64,000 nucleotides of DNA from an uncultured Acidobacteriota bacterium (GCA_963770895.1 CAVYRF010000003.1:24110-88109), one strand, 5' to 3'. Positions 21,149 to 30,960 are shown, counted from the stretch's first letter. The notes: a model not told the origin generated them from the letters alone. Numbers and translations are program-made.

Positions 21149-21800
21149 TCAGGGGCAGTCGAACGCCGCGGTGTCGAAGAAGGTCTGGAAGAGCTGGTTT
21201 TTGGCACTGGAGTAGGTTTTGACCTTGCCGGTCTGGGTGTCGGTGACGGTGATCGCCACGCCGACGTTGGTGAAGCCGCCGGCGGAGACCCACCACTTGT
21301 TGTAGGGGGCGACGCAGGCGTTGAGGATCTTGAGGATCAGCTCGATGTTGCCGGGATCGAAGAAGCTGAATTTGACGCTCTGCTGGCTTTCCAGCAGCAC
21401 CGTCGCCGGCCCCTTGCCGCTGGCCGGCGTGGCGTCGTAGTCGACCGTGACCTTGAAGCGGTTGTACAGGCAGGCGGTGGTGGCGGAGGGGGCGCAGGCA
21501 GGCTCGACGGGCAGCAGGCCGAAGATCGGCGCGGTGCCGTTGAACGAAAGGGTCCAGTAGGCCGGGCCGTTGGTGGGCTCTTCGTCGGTCCCGTGCAGCT
21601 GGTGCACGTCGACCTGCAAACCGCCTCGGCCACGCCCTTCGGCTCGCCGCTGAACGTGGCGATCACCAGCCTCGCCTTTGACAGCAACGGCCAACTGTAC
21701 GGCTTTGCGCTGTGCGACAACACCTACACCAACGAGCTGTTTTCGCTGGACCCGGCCAGCGGCAACATCACCGGAACGCTCGGCAGCCTCGATTCCGGCT
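21149..21800 (-). pseudogene. Rearranged paralog of 18592-19797: intact C-terminal domain (-) plus an inverted N-terminal fragment (+, about 21598-21799)
   Basis: 21149-21580 is near-identical to 18592-19024. The + strand LVHVDLQTASATPFGSPL...GSLDSG matches LVHVDVQTATITPFGPPL...GSLDSG of the intact copy. Confidence 0.85.
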
Positions 21801-21912
21801 TCCGTCGCGGTCGAATGTACGCGCAGTATAAACGGCCCTGGCGCCCCGCCCCGCTCCGATCGCGCCCGCGCCGCAGGCGCGCCGCGGTCGAGGCAACCCA
21901 TGGATCAGCGGA

Positions 21913-24096
21913 TCAGCGGACCGCTGCGGCGGCGGGTTCCGCGACCACGGCGGGGGTGGTGACGGCGCCCAGGTAGCGCATGACGACCAGGGTGCGGTCG
22001 TCGCTGGGGGGCTGGCTGCCGACGTGGGCGGCGACGGCGGCGAGCAGGCGGTCGCGGACCTGGGCGGCGGTGGGGCCGATGAAGGGCCTGGGAGGCGCGT
22101 TGCGGCTGGCGGACCCGCTGGTGGCCGCGGACCCCGCAGCCCCTGCGGCCCCAGCGAGCCCTGTCGCGGTCGCGGACCATGCGGGTCCGAAGGTCAGGGC
22201 TTGCTGGATGCGGTCGTAGCCGAACGGTTCGTCGTCGGCGTCGACGCCTTCGAAGAGGCCGTCGGAGAGCCAGACGACGATGTCGCCGCGCTCCAGGGTG
22301 AGCTCACGGTGGGCGTAGCGCTGGCCCAGGCCGCCCAGGGGGGAGCTGGGCAGGAGGATCTCTTCGACGGCGCCGCGGCGCAGCACGTAGGTGGGGGGGT
22401 GGCCGGCGTTGGTCAAGGTGAGGCGGCCGTCGCGCAGGTCGAGCTTGGCCAGGGTGGCGGTGACGAAGAAGCGGCTCTCCGCGTTGGCGCGCACGACGGT
22501 ATCGAGGCGGCGCAGGATCTCTTCGGGCGAGCGGGTCTCTTCGATCAGGATGAGCAGCGCGGCCTTGAGCATCGCCATGCGCAGGCCGGTCGACAGGCCG
22601 TGGCCGGAGACGTCGGCGACGATGACGGCCAGCTCGCGCTGCGACAGGCGCAGGACGTCGAAGTAGTCGCCGCCGATGGCCGCGGAAGGTTCGAAGAGGG
22701 TGGCGAATTCGATGCCTTCGTCGCCTGGCAGATCGTGCGGGATGAGGCTGTTTTGCAGATCGCGCGCCAGGGACAGCTCCTTTTCGAGCAGCTCCTTCTG
22801 GGTGGAGGCGGCGACCAGCATCTCCAGGTTGAGGGCCATCTCGTTGAAGCTGCGCTGCAGGACGCCGATCTGGTCGCGGCGGCGCACCGGGATGCGGGCG
22901 GCGAAGTCGCCGCGGCGCACGGCGTCGGTGGCGCGGCTCAGGCGGTTGACCGCGCGCGACAGGCCGACAATCATGAACATCGCCATAAAGGCGGCGATGG
23001 CATAGACGTTGGCGAGCAGGAAGGCGAGGGCGACCAGGACGCCCCACGAGGAGGCGTCGATCTCGCCGTTGGCGGCGAACAGGTGTTCCTTGAGGATGCG
23101 CGGCGTGCCGTTGAGCTGCACCAGGACGCTGTCGGCGATCTGGCGCCGGCTGGCCAGGTCGTAGAGGGGGCCGCTGGTCTGGCCCCACCAGAGGATCTCC
23201 CGGTCCCACAGGGCATCGCCCCGCGAGCGGCGCTTGAAGAACATCTGCGCCTGGCCCAGGTTGCGGGCGCGGTGGAAGGCGAGCATCGGCAGCTCGCGGC
23301 TGCCGAGCTTGACCTGCATGACTTCCACCGGGTCTTCGGGGCGGTTGCTTTCCACCCAGACGCCGCTGCGGCGCGACAGCTCCAGGTCGAGGTCGCCGGT
23401 GTAGATGCCGACGACGCCGCGGCCGCTGCCCCTGGTGGGGATGGCGGCGGCCAGGGTGGGGCTGTGGTCGGAGCGGGCGAAGAAGCGCGGCAGCTGGGCG
23501 GCCGATCCCCAGCTGCTGTCGGGGGAGTTGGTGGTCGCCACCTCTTCGGCGGCGACTTCGCCGGCCTTCGGCACTTCGGCGCAGCCGGGCCACAGGTCCG
23601 GGGTGCGCGGGTCGCCTGCCACCCGCCTGCCGTTGACGTAGTAGGCGAAGGCCATGTCCGGCAGCGCGCCGGTGAAGGGAGCGGCGAAGGCGGCATCGCC
23701 GGTGTGCTGGTAGAGGGCGGCGCGCTCGCGGGTGGCCGCCACGACGTCGCTGTCGAGCGAGCGCAGGGCGTCGCGGTAGAGGTGGCCGATGAAGAAGTTG
23801 GCGAGCAGGTAGGCGACGACCGACAGCAGCAGCAGGACCATCGGGATCGGCAGGCCGCCGAGCAGGAAATACGAAAACGCCAGCCGCCGCCCGACCTTGA
23901 ACAGGAACGCCGAGATCAGCTTCCAGATCAGCAGCAGCAGCACGATCAGGGCGGCGCAGCTGAGCCCGATCGCCAGCACCGGGTTGACGTAGCGCAGGTG
24001 GAGCCGCCACAGCGCGACGACCACGAAGCCGCCGAGGACGAGCATGGCTGTCCCCACCAGCAGGGCGGCGAGTCGGCGTTTGGTTGTGGTGGTCAC
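21913..24096 (-). CDS. Membrane HAMP + SpoIIE/RsbU-type PP2C phosphatase
   Basis: HAMP (LSRATDAVRRGDF...DQIGVLQRSFNEM); IGGDYFD, VADVSGHG, NAGHPP, LSDGLFE, SDDRTLV. Confidence 0.92.
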   Translation of the reverse strand: MTTTTKRRLAALLVGTAMLVLGGFVVVALWRLHLRYVNPVLAIGLSCAALIVLLLLIWKLISAFLFKVGRRLAFSYFLLGGLPIPMVLLLLSVVAYLLANFFIGHLYRDALRSLDSDVVAATRERAALYQHTGDAAFAAPFTGALPDMAFAYYVNGRRVAGDPRTPDLWPGCAEVPKAGEVAAEEVATTNSPDSSWGSAAQLPRFFARSDHSPTLAAAIPTRGSGRGVVGIYTGDLDLELSRRSGVWVESNRPEDPVEVMQVKLGSRELPMLAFHRARNLGQAQMFFKRRSRGDALWDREILWWGQTSGPLYDLASRRQIADSVLVQLNGTPRILKEHLFAANGEIDASSWGVLVALAFLLANVYAIAAFMAMFMIVGLSRAVNRLSRATDAVRRGDFAARIPVRRRDQIGVLQRSFNEMALNLEMLVAASTQKELLEKELSLARDLQNSLIPHDLPGDEGIEFATLFEPSAAIGGDYFDVLRLSQRELAVIVADVSGHGLSTGLRMAMLKAALLILIEETRSPEEILRRLDTVVRANAESRFFVTATLAKLDLRDGRLTLTNAGHPPTYVLRRGAVEEILLPSSPLGGLGQRYAHRELTLERGDIVVWLSDGLFEGVDADDEPFGYDRIQQALTFGPAWSATATGLAGAAGAAGSAATSGSASRNAPPRPFIGPTAAQVRDRLLAAVAAHVGSQPPSDDRTLVVMRYLGAVTTPAVVAEPAAAAVR

Positions 24097-24291
24097 GATC
24101 GCAGGGCGTCGATACGGGGAGGGCGGATCGGGCCAGACCCCTGACTGCTTACGCTCGGGCGGGCCTGGAGGTTTCGGTCATCGAGGCATCGCCGGTGGCG
24201 GCGCCTGGCATAGCATAGAATGCCGGCGGCTTCCGCGCGCTGCCGCCGGCTGGCGGGAGGACATCTTAGCCTGAATCGAAGGAGGGAGCAC

Positions 24292-24837
24292 GTGTCGAGG
24301 ATTCCGCGGTTTCAAGAGCATCTCAAGACCGGCTTCACCGCCGAAGCGGTGAGCGCCGCCCGCTTCCGGGCGTTGGCGGAGCGCGCCGATCGCGACGGGT
24401 CGCCGAACCTGGCGGCCCGCTGGCGGCGTCTGGCGGCGGCCAAGGACCGTCTGGCCATCCAGCTGCTGGCGGCGGCTGGCCAGGTGCGCGGCGGCGACGC
24501 CGACCTGGGGGCTGCCATCGCCGAAGAGCGCTACGAAAACGACGTGCTGTATCCCAAGATCGTGCGCGACCTGGGGGACGACGACGAAACGGTCGGGATC
24601 TTCCGCCAGCTGCTGGCGGCGCAGGTGGAGCAGCTGGGCCAGCTGGAAGCGCTGCGCCGCGACCTGCACGCCGCCCAGAAGGACGTGCCGCTGCCGCCGG
24701 AAGCGGCTGCCGCTGCTCCAGCCCCGGCGCACGCCGCGGCCCCTGCCCCCGCGCCGGCCACGCCGGCGACCGCCGCCGGCGGCCGCTCCGCGGGCGCCCA
24801 GGTGGAGCCTCCATCGGCACCGGCGCCGCCTGCGTAA
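24292..24837 (+). CDS. Rubrerythrin/ferritin-like protein with degenerate metal ligands
   Basis: HLKTGFTAEAVSAARFRALAERADRDG and AIAEERYENDVLYP resemble rubrerythrin helices; RBS GGAGGGAG. Confidence 0.6.
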   Translation: MSRIPRFQEHLKTGFTAEAVSAARFRALAERADRDGSPNLAARWRRLAAAKDRLAIQLLAAAGQVRGGDADLGAAIAEERYENDVLYPKIVRDLGDDDETVGIFRQLLAAQVEQLGQLEALRRDLHAAQKDVPLPPEAAAAAPAPAHAAAPAPAPATPATAAGGRSAGAQVEPPSAPAPPA

Positions 24838-24916
24838 GTAGCTGAAAAGGAGCGACTTGCGGTGCTTGTGACCGGCAGTCACAAGTGCTACACTGGCGCT
24901 GGGAGAGCTGACGATC

Positions 24917-25465
24917 ATGAAGACAGCGATGACCACGCAAGCCGGCGAAAGCTGGATCACCACGACCTTCGAAAACCTCGAGGATTGGGCGCAGCGGCAT
25001 TCGTTCTGGCCCTTTCCCTTCGGCACCGCCTGCTGCGCCATCGAATTCATGTCGACCATCTCCAGCCACTACGACCTGTCGCGCTTCGGCTCGGAGGTGG
25101 TGCGTTTCTCGCCGCGCCAGAGCGACGTGCTGCTGGTGGCGGGGACGATCAACGACAAGATGGGTCCGGTGCTCAAGCGGATCTATGACCAGATGGCGGA
25201 CCCCAAGTGGGTGATCTCGATGGGCGCCTGCGCCTGTTCGGGCGGCTTCTATCGCTCGTACCACGTGATGCAGGGCATCGACGAGATCATCCCGGTGGAC
25301 GTCTACGTGCCCGGCTGCCCGCCGACGCCCGAAGGCCTGATGTACGGCATCCTGCAGCTGCGCGAGCGGGTGGTGCGCGACCGCAAGCGGCTCGGCCGCG
25401 GCGCCGATCCCCAGGCACGGGAGCGGTCGAGCGAAGAAGAGAACCTGGGCGCCGGCAGAATCTGA
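24917..25465 (+). CDS. nuoB: NADH-quinone oxidoreductase subunit B
   Basis: FGTACCAIE, RFSPRQSDVL, KWVISMGACACSGG, VDVYVPGCPPTPE. Confidence 0.95.
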   Translation: MKTAMTTQAGESWITTTFENLEDWAQRHSFWPFPFGTACCAIEFMSTISSHYDLSRFGSEVVRFSPRQSDVLLVAGTINDKMGPVLKRIYDQMADPKWVISMGACACSGGFYRSYHVMQGIDEIIPVDVYVPGCPPTPEGLMYGILQLRERVVRDRKRLGRGADPQARERSSEEENLGAGRI

Positions 25466-25506
25466 CCCCGTTGCAAAGCGAGCCAGTCCCCAACGAGCGA
25501 GCGCCC

Positions 25507-27315
25507 ATGACCCCAACGACCGTCCAACCCGCCGCCGGCGCGGGCGCCGCGACGCCGGCCGCCCCCGCGATCCCGGCAACCCCGCACATCGCCGATAGCG
25601 ACGTCTATGCCGGCGTGCGCGCCAAGTTCCCGGCGGACAGCATCCAACCGGTGCCGGCCGGCGTGCCCGGTTCGCCCGCCGGGCTCGACCAGGCGACGTG
25701 GATCGTGCAGCGCGAAGTGCTGGCCGACCTGGCGCGCGAGCTGCGCGACAACCGGGAGAGCAAGTTCGACCTGCTGATGGACGTCGGCGGCGTCGACTAT
25801 CCCGACCGGGAGCAGCGCTTCGAAGCCGTGTATCACCTGTATTCGGTGCCGCGCAACGCGCGCCTGCGCCTGAAGGTGTCGGTGGCCGAAAGCGACCCGG
25901 TGCTGCCGTCGCTGGTGCCGGTGTGGAACGCCGCCAACTGGGCGGAACGCGAGGTGTACGACATGTTCGGGGTGCGCTTCACCGGCCACCCGAACCTGTC
26001 GCGCATCCTGTGCCACGAAGCGTTCCAGGGGCACCCGCTGCGCAAGGACTACGACGCCGCGCGGCGCTGGATCCTGACCGAAGACAAGTTCTACAAGCCG
26101 CATTTCGATCTGCCCGAAGCCGATCACCTGGCCGAGGGCGACGACATGTTCGAGCGCATGACGATCAACATCGGACCGTCGCACCCCGCGATGCACGGCA
26201 CGTTCCGGTTGATGGCCATGCTCGACGGCGAAACGATCGTCGCCTCCGACATCGAAATCGGCTACCTCCACCGCTGCTTCGAAAAGATGGCGGAGACGCA
26301 CACCTACCAGCAGGTGATCCCCTACACCGACAGGCTCAACTACTGCTCGGCGTTCATCAACAACGTCGCCTACTGCCGCACGGTCGAAAAGCTGCTCGGC
26401 GTCGAAGCGCCGCCGCGCGCCGTCTGGGCGCGCACCATCCTGTCCGAGCTGTCGCGGATCATGGATCACTGCGTGTGCAACGGCACGACGCTGGTGGACG
26501 CCGGCGCGCTGACCAACTTCTGGTACATGTTCCAGCCGCGCGAAGAGATCTACGGCCTGCTGGAAGCGTGCTGCGGCGCGCGGTTGACGGTTTCGTACTG
26601 CCGCGTCGGCGGGCTGTCGCAGGATCTGCCGCCCGACTTCACGGTGCGCTGCCGGCGGCTGCTGGAGATCATCCCGCCGTTTTTGTCGGACGTCGAAAAG
26701 CTGTGCGACAAGAACCGCATCTGGATCGACCGGACGGTGGGGACGGCCGCGATCTCGGGCGCCGAGGCGATCAATTGGGGGTGGACGGGGCCCTGCCTGC
26801 GCGCCAGCGGCGTGCCCTTCGACGTCCGCCGGTCCAACCCCTACGACCTGTATGACACGGTCGATTGGGACGTGCCGGTGCTGTACGGCGGCGACGTGTT
26901 CGATCGCTACCGCATCCGCAACCTGGAGATCCGGCAGTCGCTCAAGATCATCCGTCAGCTGCTCGACCGCGGCTGTCCGGAAGGGGACTGGATCGTCGAC
27001 GATCCGCACGTCGCCCTGCCGCCGAAAAAGAAGGCGTACAGCGAGATGGAAGCCATGATCTATCACTTCAAGCTGATCATGGACGGCATCATGGTGCCCG
27101 AAGGCGAAACCTACCTGCCGACCGAAGGCGCCAACGGCGAGCTGGGCTTTCACATCATCAGCGACGGCACCGGCAAGCCCTACCGCATCAAGGTGCGGCC
27201 GCCGTGCTTCCCGATCTTCTCGGCCTATTCGAAGCTGATTCTCGGCGGGTCGGTTTCCGACGCCGTGATCTCGCTCGGCGGCCTCAACGTCGTGGCCGGA
27301 GAGCTGGAGCGATGA
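25507..27315 (+). CDS. nuoCD: NADH-quinone oxidoreductase subunit C/D fusion
   Basis: NuoC: GVDYP, ANWAEREVYDMFG, GHPLRKDY. NuoD: IGPSHPAMHG, GYLHRCFEK, DRLNY, EGANGELG, GELER. Confidence 0.94.
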   Translation: MTPTTVQPAAGAGAATPAAPAIPATPHIADSDVYAGVRAKFPADSIQPVPAGVPGSPAGLDQATWIVQREVLADLARELRDNRESKFDLLMDVGGVDYPDREQRFEAVYHLYSVPRNARLRLKVSVAESDPVLPSLVPVWNAANWAEREVYDMFGVRFTGHPNLSRILCHEAFQGHPLRKDYDAARRWILTEDKFYKPHFDLPEADHLAEGDDMFERMTINIGPSHPAMHGTFRLMAMLDGETIVASDIEIGYLHRCFEKMAETHTYQQVIPYTDRLNYCSAFINNVAYCRTVEKLLGVEAPPRAVWARTILSELSRIMDHCVCNGTTLVDAGALTNFWYMFQPREEIYGLLEACCGARLTVSYCRVGGLSQDLPPDFTVRCRRLLEIIPPFLSDVEKLCDKNRIWIDRTVGTAAISGAEAINWGWTGPCLRASGVPFDVRRSNPYDLYDTVDWDVPVLYGGDVFDRYRIRNLEIRQSLKIIRQLLDRGCPEGDWIVDDPHVALPPKKKAYSEMEAMIYHFKLIMDGIMVPEGETYLPTEGANGELGFHIISDGTGKPYRIKVRPPCFPIFSAYSKLILGGSVSDAVISLGGLNVVAGELER

Positions 27316-27962
27316 GCGAACCCATCACCACAAGCAAGCCTTACGGCAACGAGCCGGCGCCGTATCCGACGACCACACGCCCGTACCGGTTGAGCCTGGC
27401 GGAGCGGATGTACCTGCCGTTGCTGGGCGGCCTGATGGTGACGATCCGTCACTTCCTGCAGAACCTGTTCAATCCGGGCCGCATGTACACCATCAACTAT
27501 CCCGAAGAGCGGCGCGACTACGGCCACCGCTTCCGCGGCCATCACATCCTGACCACGCGTTCGGACGGCTCGCTGCGCTGCGTCGCCTGCTTTCTGTGCG
27601 CTCAGGCGTGCCCGGCCGAATGCATCCACATCGAAGCGGGCGAGCATCCTGACGTCAACATCGAAAAGTACCCGGTCGTCTACGAGATCGACATGCTGCG
27701 CTGCGTATTCTGCGGCTACTGTGTCGACGCCTGTCCGGAAGAGGCCATCATCATGAGCAACAACTACGACATGGCCTACTTCAATCGCGATCAGACGGTG
27801 GTCGGCAAGATGGACCTGGCCAAGCCCTACACCTTCGACGAGACGCGCCTGGGCTACCGGCCGGTCTATCCCGAAGAAGAGCGCGCCCGGACGGCCATGC
27901 GGCAGGAGGCGTTTTCGCTGGTCGAGGCGACGCGGCGCTCGTCCAGGCCGGAAAAGGCATAG
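27312..27962 (+). CDS. nuoI: NADH-quinone oxidoreductase subunit I
   Basis: TINYPEE, RFRGHH, CVACFLCAQACP, RCVFCGYCVDACP; ATGA overlap with nuoCD. Confidence 0.93.
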   Translation: MSEPITTSKPYGNEPAPYPTTTRPYRLSLAERMYLPLLGGLMVTIRHFLQNLFNPGRMYTINYPEERRDYGHRFRGHHILTTRSDGSLRCVACFLCAQACPAECIHIEAGEHPDVNIEKYPVVYEIDMLRCVFCGYCVDACPEEAIIMSNNYDMAYFNRDQTVVGKMDLAKPYTFDETRLGYRPVYPEEERARTAMRQEAFSLVEATRRSSRPEKA

Positions 27963-27963
27963 C

Positions 27964-29847
27964 GTGACCACAACCACAGGTGTACCCAGCCCTCCCAGGC
28001 CGGTCATCGAGCCGGAAAGGCTCGACGACGTCGTCATCCGTTTTGCCGGCGACTCCGGCGACGGCATGCAGCTGACCGGCAGCCAGTTCACCACCACCTC
28101 GGCGCTGATCGGCAACGACCTGTCGACGCTGCCGGACTTCCCGGCCGAGATCCGCGCGCCGGCCGGCACGCTGCCGGGTGTTTCGGCGTTTCAGGTGCGC
28201 ATCGCCGACTACGACATCCACACCCCCGGCGACGCGCCCGACGTGCTGGTGGCGATGAACCCGGCGGCGCTCAAGAAGAACCTTCCCGACCTCAAGGCCA
28301 ACGGCGTCCTGATCGTCAACACCGACGAATTCAACGACCGCAACTTTGCCCGCGCCGGGTACACCAGCAATCCGCTGGATGGCGACGGCCTGGCGCGCTA
28401 CCGGGTGTTCAAGGCCGAGCTGGGGACGATGACCCGGCGCGCGCTCGACGGCACCGGCCTGGACGCCAAGACGATGGACCGCTGCAAGAACTTCTTTGCC
28501 CTGGGGATGGTGTACTGGCTGTTCAGCCGGCCGCTGGACAACACCGTCGCCTGGCTGCAGCGCAGCTTCGCCAAGAAGCCGGAGATCGCCGACGCCAACA
28601 TCGCGGTGCTGCGCGCCGGCTGGAACTTCTGCGACATCACCGAGCTGTTCCATCACCGCTACGAAGTGCAGCCGGCGCCGATGCCGCCGGGTCTGTACCG
28701 CAACATCCAGGGCAACACGGCGCTCGCTTTGGGCCTGATCGCCGCCAGCCGGCGCAGCGGGCTGCCGCTCTTTCTGGGCGCCTATCCGATCACCCCGGCG
28801 TCGGACGTGTTGCACGAGCTGGCCCGCCACAAGGCGTTCGGCGTCACCACCTTCCAGGCGGAGGATGAGATCGCCGCGGTCTGCGCCGCGATCGGCGCGG
28901 CGTTCGGCGGTTCGCTGGGCGTCACGGTGTCCAGCGGTCCCGGCATCGCGCTCAAGGCGGAGGCGATCAACCTGGCGCTGATGGTCGAGCTGCCGCTGCT
29001 GGTGTGCGACATCCAGCGCGGCGGACCGTCGACGGGCCTGCCCACCAAGACGGAGCAGGCCGACCTGCTGCAGGTGATGTTCGGCCGCAACAGCGAGTCG
29101 CCGGTGCCGGTGCTCGCCGCCAGCTCGCCCAAGGACTGCTTCGACACGGTGCTCGATGCGGCGCGCATCGCCGTCCGTCACATGCTGCCGGTGGTGATCC
29201 TGTCGGACGGCTATATCGCCAACGGCTCCGAACCGTGGAAGCTGCCCGACGTCGCCGGCCTGCCCGACCTGCGGGTGGAGTTTCGCACCGACCCCGCCGG
29301 CTTCACGCCGTACGTGCGCGACCCTGAAACGCTCGCCCGTCCCTGGGCGATCCCCGGCACTCCCGGCCTGGAGCACCGCGTCGGCGGCCTGGAAAAGGAA
29401 GACGTCACCGGCAACGTCTCCTACGACCCGGCCAACCACGAGCACATGGTCCACCTGCGGGCCGAAAAAGTGGCGCGCGTCGCGCGCGACATTCCGCCGG
29501 TCGCAGTGGACGGCCCGGCGACGGGGCGGCTGCTGGTGCTCGGCTGGGGGTCGACCGCGGGGTCGATCACCGGCGCCGTCAACCTTGCCCGCAAGCAGGG
29601 CCTGGACGTCAGCCGCGCCCACCTGCGCCATCTCAATCCGTTCCCTTCCAACCTGGGCGAAGTGCTGGCCGGGTTCGAGCGGGTGCTGGTGCCCGAGATG
29701 AACCTGGGCCAGCTGGCGCTGCTGCTGCGCGCCCGCTACCTGAAAGACGTCCAGACGCTCGCCAAGGTGCAGGGGCGCCCCTTCACCCGCAGCGACATCT
29801 TCGACCGCATCGTGCAGATGCTGGAGCCCGCCGCCCATGTCTCCTGA
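27964..29847 (+). CDS. korA: 2-oxoacid:ferredoxin oxidoreductase alpha subunit (KorA-like, gamma-alpha fusion)
   Basis: IRFAGDSGDGMQLTG, DFPAEIRAPAG, AYPITPASD, QAEDEIAA, QRGGPSTGLPTKTEQADL, PEMNLGQL. Confidence 0.92.
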   Translation: MTTTTGVPSPPRPVIEPERLDDVVIRFAGDSGDGMQLTGSQFTTTSALIGNDLSTLPDFPAEIRAPAGTLPGVSAFQVRIADYDIHTPGDAPDVLVAMNPAALKKNLPDLKANGVLIVNTDEFNDRNFARAGYTSNPLDGDGLARYRVFKAELGTMTRRALDGTGLDAKTMDRCKNFFALGMVYWLFSRPLDNTVAWLQRSFAKKPEIADANIAVLRAGWNFCDITELFHHRYEVQPAPMPPGLYRNIQGNTALALGLIAASRRSGLPLFLGAYPITPASDVLHELARHKAFGVTTFQAEDEIAAVCAAIGAAFGGSLGVTVSSGPGIALKAEAINLALMVELPLLVCDIQRGGPSTGLPTKTEQADLLQVMFGRNSESPVPVLAASSPKDCFDTVLDAARIAVRHMLPVVILSDGYIANGSEPWKLPDVAGLPDLRVEFRTDPAGFTPYVRDPETLARPWAIPGTPGLEHRVGGLEKEDVTGNVSYDPANHEHMVHLRAEKVARVARDIPPVAVDGPATGRLLVLGWGSTAGSITGAVNLARKQGLDVSRAHLRHLNPFPSNLGEVLAGFERVLVPEMNLGQLALLLRARYLKDVQTLAKVQGRPFTRSDIFDRIVQMLEPAAHVS

Positions 29848-30886
29848 AGCCTCCGCCACCCGCCCCGCCGGGCCGCTGTCCAAGAAGGATTTCCAGACCG
29901 ACCAGGAGGTGCGGTGGTGCCCCGGCTGCGGCGACTACGCGATCCTGTCGGCGGTGCAGCAGGTCTTCCCCGAGCTGGGGATCCCGCGGGAAAAGTTCGT
30001 GGTGGTGTCGGGGATCGGCTGTTCCAGCCGCTTCCCGTACTACATGAACACGTTCGGTTTCCATTCGATCCACGGCCGCGCGCCGGCGGTGGCGACCGGC
30101 TTGAAGCTGGCGCGGCCGGAGCTTGAAGTGTGGATCGCCACCGGCGACGGCGATTCGATGTCGATCGGCGGCAATCACCTCATCCACGTGCTGCGGCGCA
30201 ACGTCGGGGTCAAGATCCTGATGTTCAACAACCGCATCTACGGTCTCACCAAGGGGCAGTATTCGCCCACCAGCGAACCCGGCAAGCGCACCAAGTCGAC
30301 GCCGTTCGGCTCGATCGACACGCCGTTCAATCCGCTGGCCCTGGCGCTTGGCGCCGGCGCCACCTTCGTCGCCCGCAGCGTCGACATCTTCCAGCAGCAT
30401 CTCAAGGAGACGCTGCGGCGGGCGGCGCAGCACAAGGGCACCGCGTTCGTCGAGATCTATCAGAACTGCAACATTTACAATGATCGCGCGTTCACCTACA
30501 TCACGGATAAGGAAACTCGCGATCTGCAGACGGTACACCTGGAGCACGGCAAACCGTTGCTGTTCGGGCGCCAGCGCCAGCAGGGCCTGCGCCTGCGCGG
30601 CGCCGCGCTGGAAGCCTTCGACATCACCGCCGAGCACGGCGTCGATGAATGCCTGGTCTGGGACGAAGCCGCGGCCAGCCCGGCCCTGGCGTTTCTGGCG
30701 GCGCAGCTGCTGCCGCCGGCCCTGCCCACGGCGCTTGGCGTGCTGCGCGCCGTCGAGCGTCCGACCTATGAAACCGGCGTCATCGATCAGATCCATCGCG
30801 CCCAGGGCGATGCCGCGGCGGGACTGCCGAAGCTGGAAGACTTGCTGGCCACCGGCGACACCTGGACCGTGCACCACCCTTCGTAA
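29837..30886 (+). CDS. korB: 2-oxoacid:ferredoxin oxidoreductase beta subunit (KorB-like)
   Basis: WCPGCGDY, SGIGCSSR, HSIHGRA, TGDGD, NNRIYGLTKGQYSPT. Confidence 0.92.
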   Translation: MSPEASATRPAGPLSKKDFQTDQEVRWCPGCGDYAILSAVQQVFPELGIPREKFVVVSGIGCSSRFPYYMNTFGFHSIHGRAPAVATGLKLARPELEVWIATGDGDSMSIGGNHLIHVLRRNVGVKILMFNNRIYGLTKGQYSPTSEPGKRTKSTPFGSIDTPFNPLALALGAGATFVARSVDIFQQHLKETLRRAAQHKGTAFVEIYQNCNIYNDRAFTYITDKETRDLQTVHLEHGKPLLFGRQRQQGLRLRGAALEAFDITAEHGVDECLVWDEAAASPALAFLAAQLLPPALPTALGVLRAVERPTYETGVIDQIHRAQGDAAAGLPKLEDLLATGDTWTVHHPS

Positions 30887-30942
30887 CGATCGTCGCGGCG
30901 CCGCCCGGCGCTTTAGATAGAAAGGGCGGCACGGCTACGGTA

Positions 30943-30960
30943 AATAGCGGCACCGCTATT
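30943..30960. promoter_or_regulatory. Palindromic operator-like site
   Basis: AATAGCGG-CA-CCGCTATT, a perfect 8-bp inverted repeat in an AT-richer intergenic region. Confidence 0.4.

Noticed and set aside
18592-21580. Possible diversity-generating retroelement TR/VR pair
   Set aside because: Differences between the copies are mostly synonymous and not adenine-specific, and no reverse transcriptase is present.
24917-27315. Group 4 [NiFe]-hydrogenase
   Set aside because: The large subunit lacks both CxxC Ni-binding motifs and has NuoD quinone-site residues.
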